The notes beneath the pieces are model-generated. The model made no database searches, had not been told where the DNA came from, and saw only the letters and a list, made by a program, of their open reading frames with translations. 64,000 bases of DNA from Eutreptiella sp. 'Long Island Sound 2002'. Its lineage: Eukaryota; Protista; Euglenida. The stretch spans positions 97,774,001 through 97,838,000 of the forward strand of contig OZ038378.1 in the NCBI GenBank assembly GCA_964036045.1. Direction: 5' to 3'. The translations under genes were made by a program, and so were the position numbers. Of the stretch, positions 60,431 to 64,000 are shown in pieces. The number at the start of each line of letters is the position of its first letter. The stretch's first letter is position 1.

Positions 60431-63400
60431 TCACTGGAGACCCCTCCTCGTAGCCCCGGTACAACGGCTAAAAAAATGAATTGCATCACCACCCGCGCTT
60501 GCCTCATCGAAGAATGCCTCTTTTGAATCATAGGGCTCACTCCGTAGAAAGCTACTGAAAAACACTGGATCCATGAGATCATAAAAAACAAAGTAACAAT
60601 GGGCAATGTGGAAGGTAAACTGGTATCTCCGTCAAAGTGGACACGGGACTGCAATGCACCGCACGATGTGGGCAAGGCCATGATCTCCTCTAAAAATCTT
60701 AAGATCCTTGATGGTGAGTCCTATAACGTTGATGGGCTGAATGTGGAACGGAAGAACCAACAATCAAATAATGGTTCCTTATAGTTGAGAAGTTGCACTG
60801 AGAAACTTGACAACTCCAGTTTGACGCTCAGCAGGTTGAGAGATAGGTAAAAAAAAAGGAATGTCAACCGGAAAATCCAAAAAAAAGCGCGCCAAAGCTC
60901 CGTCAAGCGCAAGAATGTTGTATAACGTATCATAAATTTTGTAAATGTATAATGCCATACACAAGAGTAATGACAGAGATCCAAACAAAGAACAATGTGC
61001 TGCAATACATATAGAATAAAATGTCAATGCGAAGTCATAGAGAAAGATATTCATTAAAGTGATCTAAAGAGCGCCAAAGATCGGTCCAAGTATAATCATC
61101 CACATATGCCCACTCACAAACGAAAAGGTCGAAGAAAGCGCGCCAAAGATTGGTACAGGGAAAAAATTCCATATAGGGTACATCTTGTATTGCATTCCAC
61201 CCTTCAGCGATCTTTGGCGCGCTTTTTTGACAAAAAACAATATACAAAAACTATACAATCGCAATTCACATAATTCAACACGACACCATTTGCTGCAAGC
61301 GGTGCAAGATTAGTTACATAGGACATACACATGGCAGTAATGCAACTACAAGCCCATCCCACATAATGGCAGAACATGAATACAACACCACCGGTGTATG
61401 TTGAGTATTGCACAATGCACTCACCCGGCTACATCCGAAACTAGTCTTCAACCATGACAGGGAGAATTCAAAAACCACGAGGGTGTATAATGAGTTTTCG
61501 ACACACACCCCCCTGTCCAAACTTTGACTACCGTAAGTGCATGCGAAAGAAGCAATCTAAGGCACTTGCACTTTGTAGCCGATGTGTATAGATACTCAGG
61601 TAAAGACAAAAACAATGCAATTGCCTACCGGCAAGACATGCTTACAGGACGGAACCAGCGCTGTCGCGCATCATCGTTTCTCTCTATTGCGTGTGCTTTA
61701 AGAATGTACACAAGGCACCTCCCTTGTGGCGCCAACAGTGCGTGCCGCACGATTGTGTCGCATGTCAAGAAAAAGTTCCAACAACACACAAGATGAGTAA
61801 TTCCCGACGTAGACCGCAAATTTTTGCAGACACCCAGCCAACTGCATTGTGCAATATATTCTCTGAGCAATCTTTTATATTGGATCACCCACCCTTTTTA
61901 GCAACGTGTGTCATAACTCCCCAAGCGATATATATATAGTGCCCTTTCCGGTGTGGGGTATGTTGTGGTCTCGGGTTGTAGCTCAATGATATGTTGAAGA
62001 TGCGCAAAAATCTTTGTACATCCCGGTTCCTAAGCATTCAATGAACAAAATCTATGGCGGCATGTAAGAGTGCTTTGAGAGCGACGTCGGGGGTGCGCTA
62101 GAGAAACATCGTTTGTTGCGCATTGAGAACCCGCCCTGAAGCGGGGGGCGTGGTCTCTCCATTGTACAGAGTGGTGGTGCCCCGGATAGCCCCGGAACCC
62201 CGTCAACCAGACGCAACCCCCCCCCCCCCCACAACCTAGTGGGTTCTGTACAGGCAAGTACTCTAGGTGGTCATGGAATTGTGGTTTTCCGTTGTGTTAC
62301 ATCATGGAAGTTTCTGCACCTTTAGAGGAGTTTTTGTGCCCTGCCGCACCTAAGGTGCCTATGGCATACCATGCGATGCGCTTGCGGCGTGCAAGTGTAC
62401 CTCTCATAGCTCTACAAACGACAACCCACACCCCTCCCTACTCCGCAAAGTGGTGGGACGTGAAGTAAGCTCTTGTGCTCTCTCTTTCTTTGTTTTAGCG
62501 TGTCGCCGCGCCACAATGGCCTCCGCAAAAAAAAATGAATTCACAGAGTCCTAGTGGTGTGACTTCCCCTTCGGATGCCGGTGGAGATGAGCAATGCGCG
62601 GAACTAGGTGGCTTGTCTGGCACATGGACGAGACTCGCTTTTTAATGGACAAAAAACCGATCTTACTTCCGGGGTCAACACTGTTGTTTCGCTTCGTACA
62701 TGATGAATTTGTCAATTATGGCCGCTCGTCTACGTGCATTTGGTTAAATTGCGCAGATGTGGACTATCCGGCAAAGAATCACTTGTCAGCTATGTAGACT
62801 CTCCAACAAGCAATCATTGGAAAAGGGTGCACACTACCCGCGCAATAAAAACTGAGATTCCGTGTAAACTCTCCACCGGACTATGAATTGGAATGCAACG
62901 TTTGTAGAGTTTAGAAATATGTGCGCACGAATAGGCCCATATGGGCACGGAAAGCGGAAATTGAAGCTTCAATATACAACATTCACGTGAACAACGGCAC
63001 TTGACGGGGAAAAAAAGTGTTCCGTGACACTGATTTCCCGAAAAAGCCTCCGGGCACTCTCTCTGTTCAATCATGCCTGGTGGCGGTTGGCGGTTGTAGG
63101 GAGCCATTCGCAGCTGGAGTCACCCGGTGCATCTGTAGGGGGTGGGGGGCCCACTAGGCGGTATGGCTACCCGGCCGGGAGCCATCCCCAGTCGGGATCA
63201 TCTGTATCCGTTTGACATGGGATGCGATCTACAACTGGGTATCGTTGTCGTTGGACATCTCCACACTACGGAACCGGAACTTGCGGCCCACGATTGGTCG
63301 TCGGATGTTGGTCCATGTGGCAGCCGACGTGGACCTGAAAGGGGTGTGCAGCCCGTGGTCTCTTGGGTTGTGGGGAGTCCGGCGGTGGCGGTTCGCGTTG

Positions 63401-63659
63401 TGCACACCCAATCAGAAAGGAGGTAGTGTCTGATGAACGGGCGGATGACGATGCTGCTTCTTGCGCGCCAATTTGGACATCGAGGCCCGGTACCGGTGCC
63501 GGTGCGATCCCTTCATGGACGCCGAGACCCCAGAGGTGGTGGCCACATGTGCTGCAGCATAGTGAATAGAAGTCTCCGATGCCGCATCGTGAACACTGGA
63601 TGTCTAAACCTCATGTGGGGGTCATCGGTGACCCGGGGCTGTGAACCTCGGTGATGTCC

Positions 63660-63895
63660 GTCTTTGGGCTAGCCGGGGGGCTAGGGGCAGTTTTGCTGTC
63701 TCTGGCGGTTGGTGGCAGTTGGTGGTCGTTGGTGGCGGTTGGTGGTTCGTGATTGGTGACTAGTGGCGGTTGGTAGTGGTTGGCAGCTGGCAATTGGTCG
63801 CCGCTTGCGGTTGGTCGTCGCTTGCGGTCAGCGGCGGCTGGTGGCATTTGGGGGCGGTGGGCGGTTGGCGGGAGTTGGTGGTTGCCGGTTGATAC
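63660..63895 (+). repeat. G-rich minisatellite (GGTGGCGGTT-like, ~12-13-bp period)
   Basis: Seen directly. Confidence 0.85.
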
Positions 63896-64000
63896 TGCTT
63901 TGGGGAGGTCCTTAAGCGCAGTCCTCAACAAAAAAAAAAACATGGTTCCTTAAGGACCGCCCCGCTCAGCTACTACGAACCTGCCGAGCACCAAGTAGAA

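Noticed and set aside
61780-61900. Josephin-like QLHCAIYSLSNLL motif
   Set aside because: It is a single short match after a stop codon with no other catalytic motifs.
62594-62797. pogo/Tc1-like WHMDET motif
   Set aside because: No second or third acidic motif was found in frame, and no TIR was found.

Overview
Repeat-saturated eukaryotic nuclear DNA with GT-AG introns and long G/C and A/T homopolymers. No prokaryotic operons, rRNA, intact tRNA or CRISPR array were seen. The only clear host gene is a minus-strand protein kinase: two exons are visible, and its 7-kb intron holds four ~1.63-kb tandem copies that each re-create the exon 3' end and splice donor. Most of the rest is decayed mobile DNA: LINE fragments, a tRNA-derived SINE with a 15-bp TSD, a ~2.7-kb tandem array of a piggyBac-like transposase broken by a 5.4-kb TA-to-TA inversion, and Ulp1-like and SWIM remnants. 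The stand-out is an 11.4-kb DNA transposon at 46972-58369, with 28-bp TIRs (CTTAGGAGGCCC...GGGCCTCCTAAG) and a 5-bp TSD (TAGAC). It carries a spliced DDE-like transposase gene and a spliced ParB/DGQHR-like cargo gene. Its non-coding intervals contain 23 copies of a 16-bp perfect palindrome (GGGCTCTGCAGAGCCC), mostly as doublets 69-70 bp apart, and I saw none outside the TIRs. This resembles a ParB/parS-like module inside a eukaryotic transposon, which is an inference. Protein family calls come from motif recognition by eye, not from database searches.
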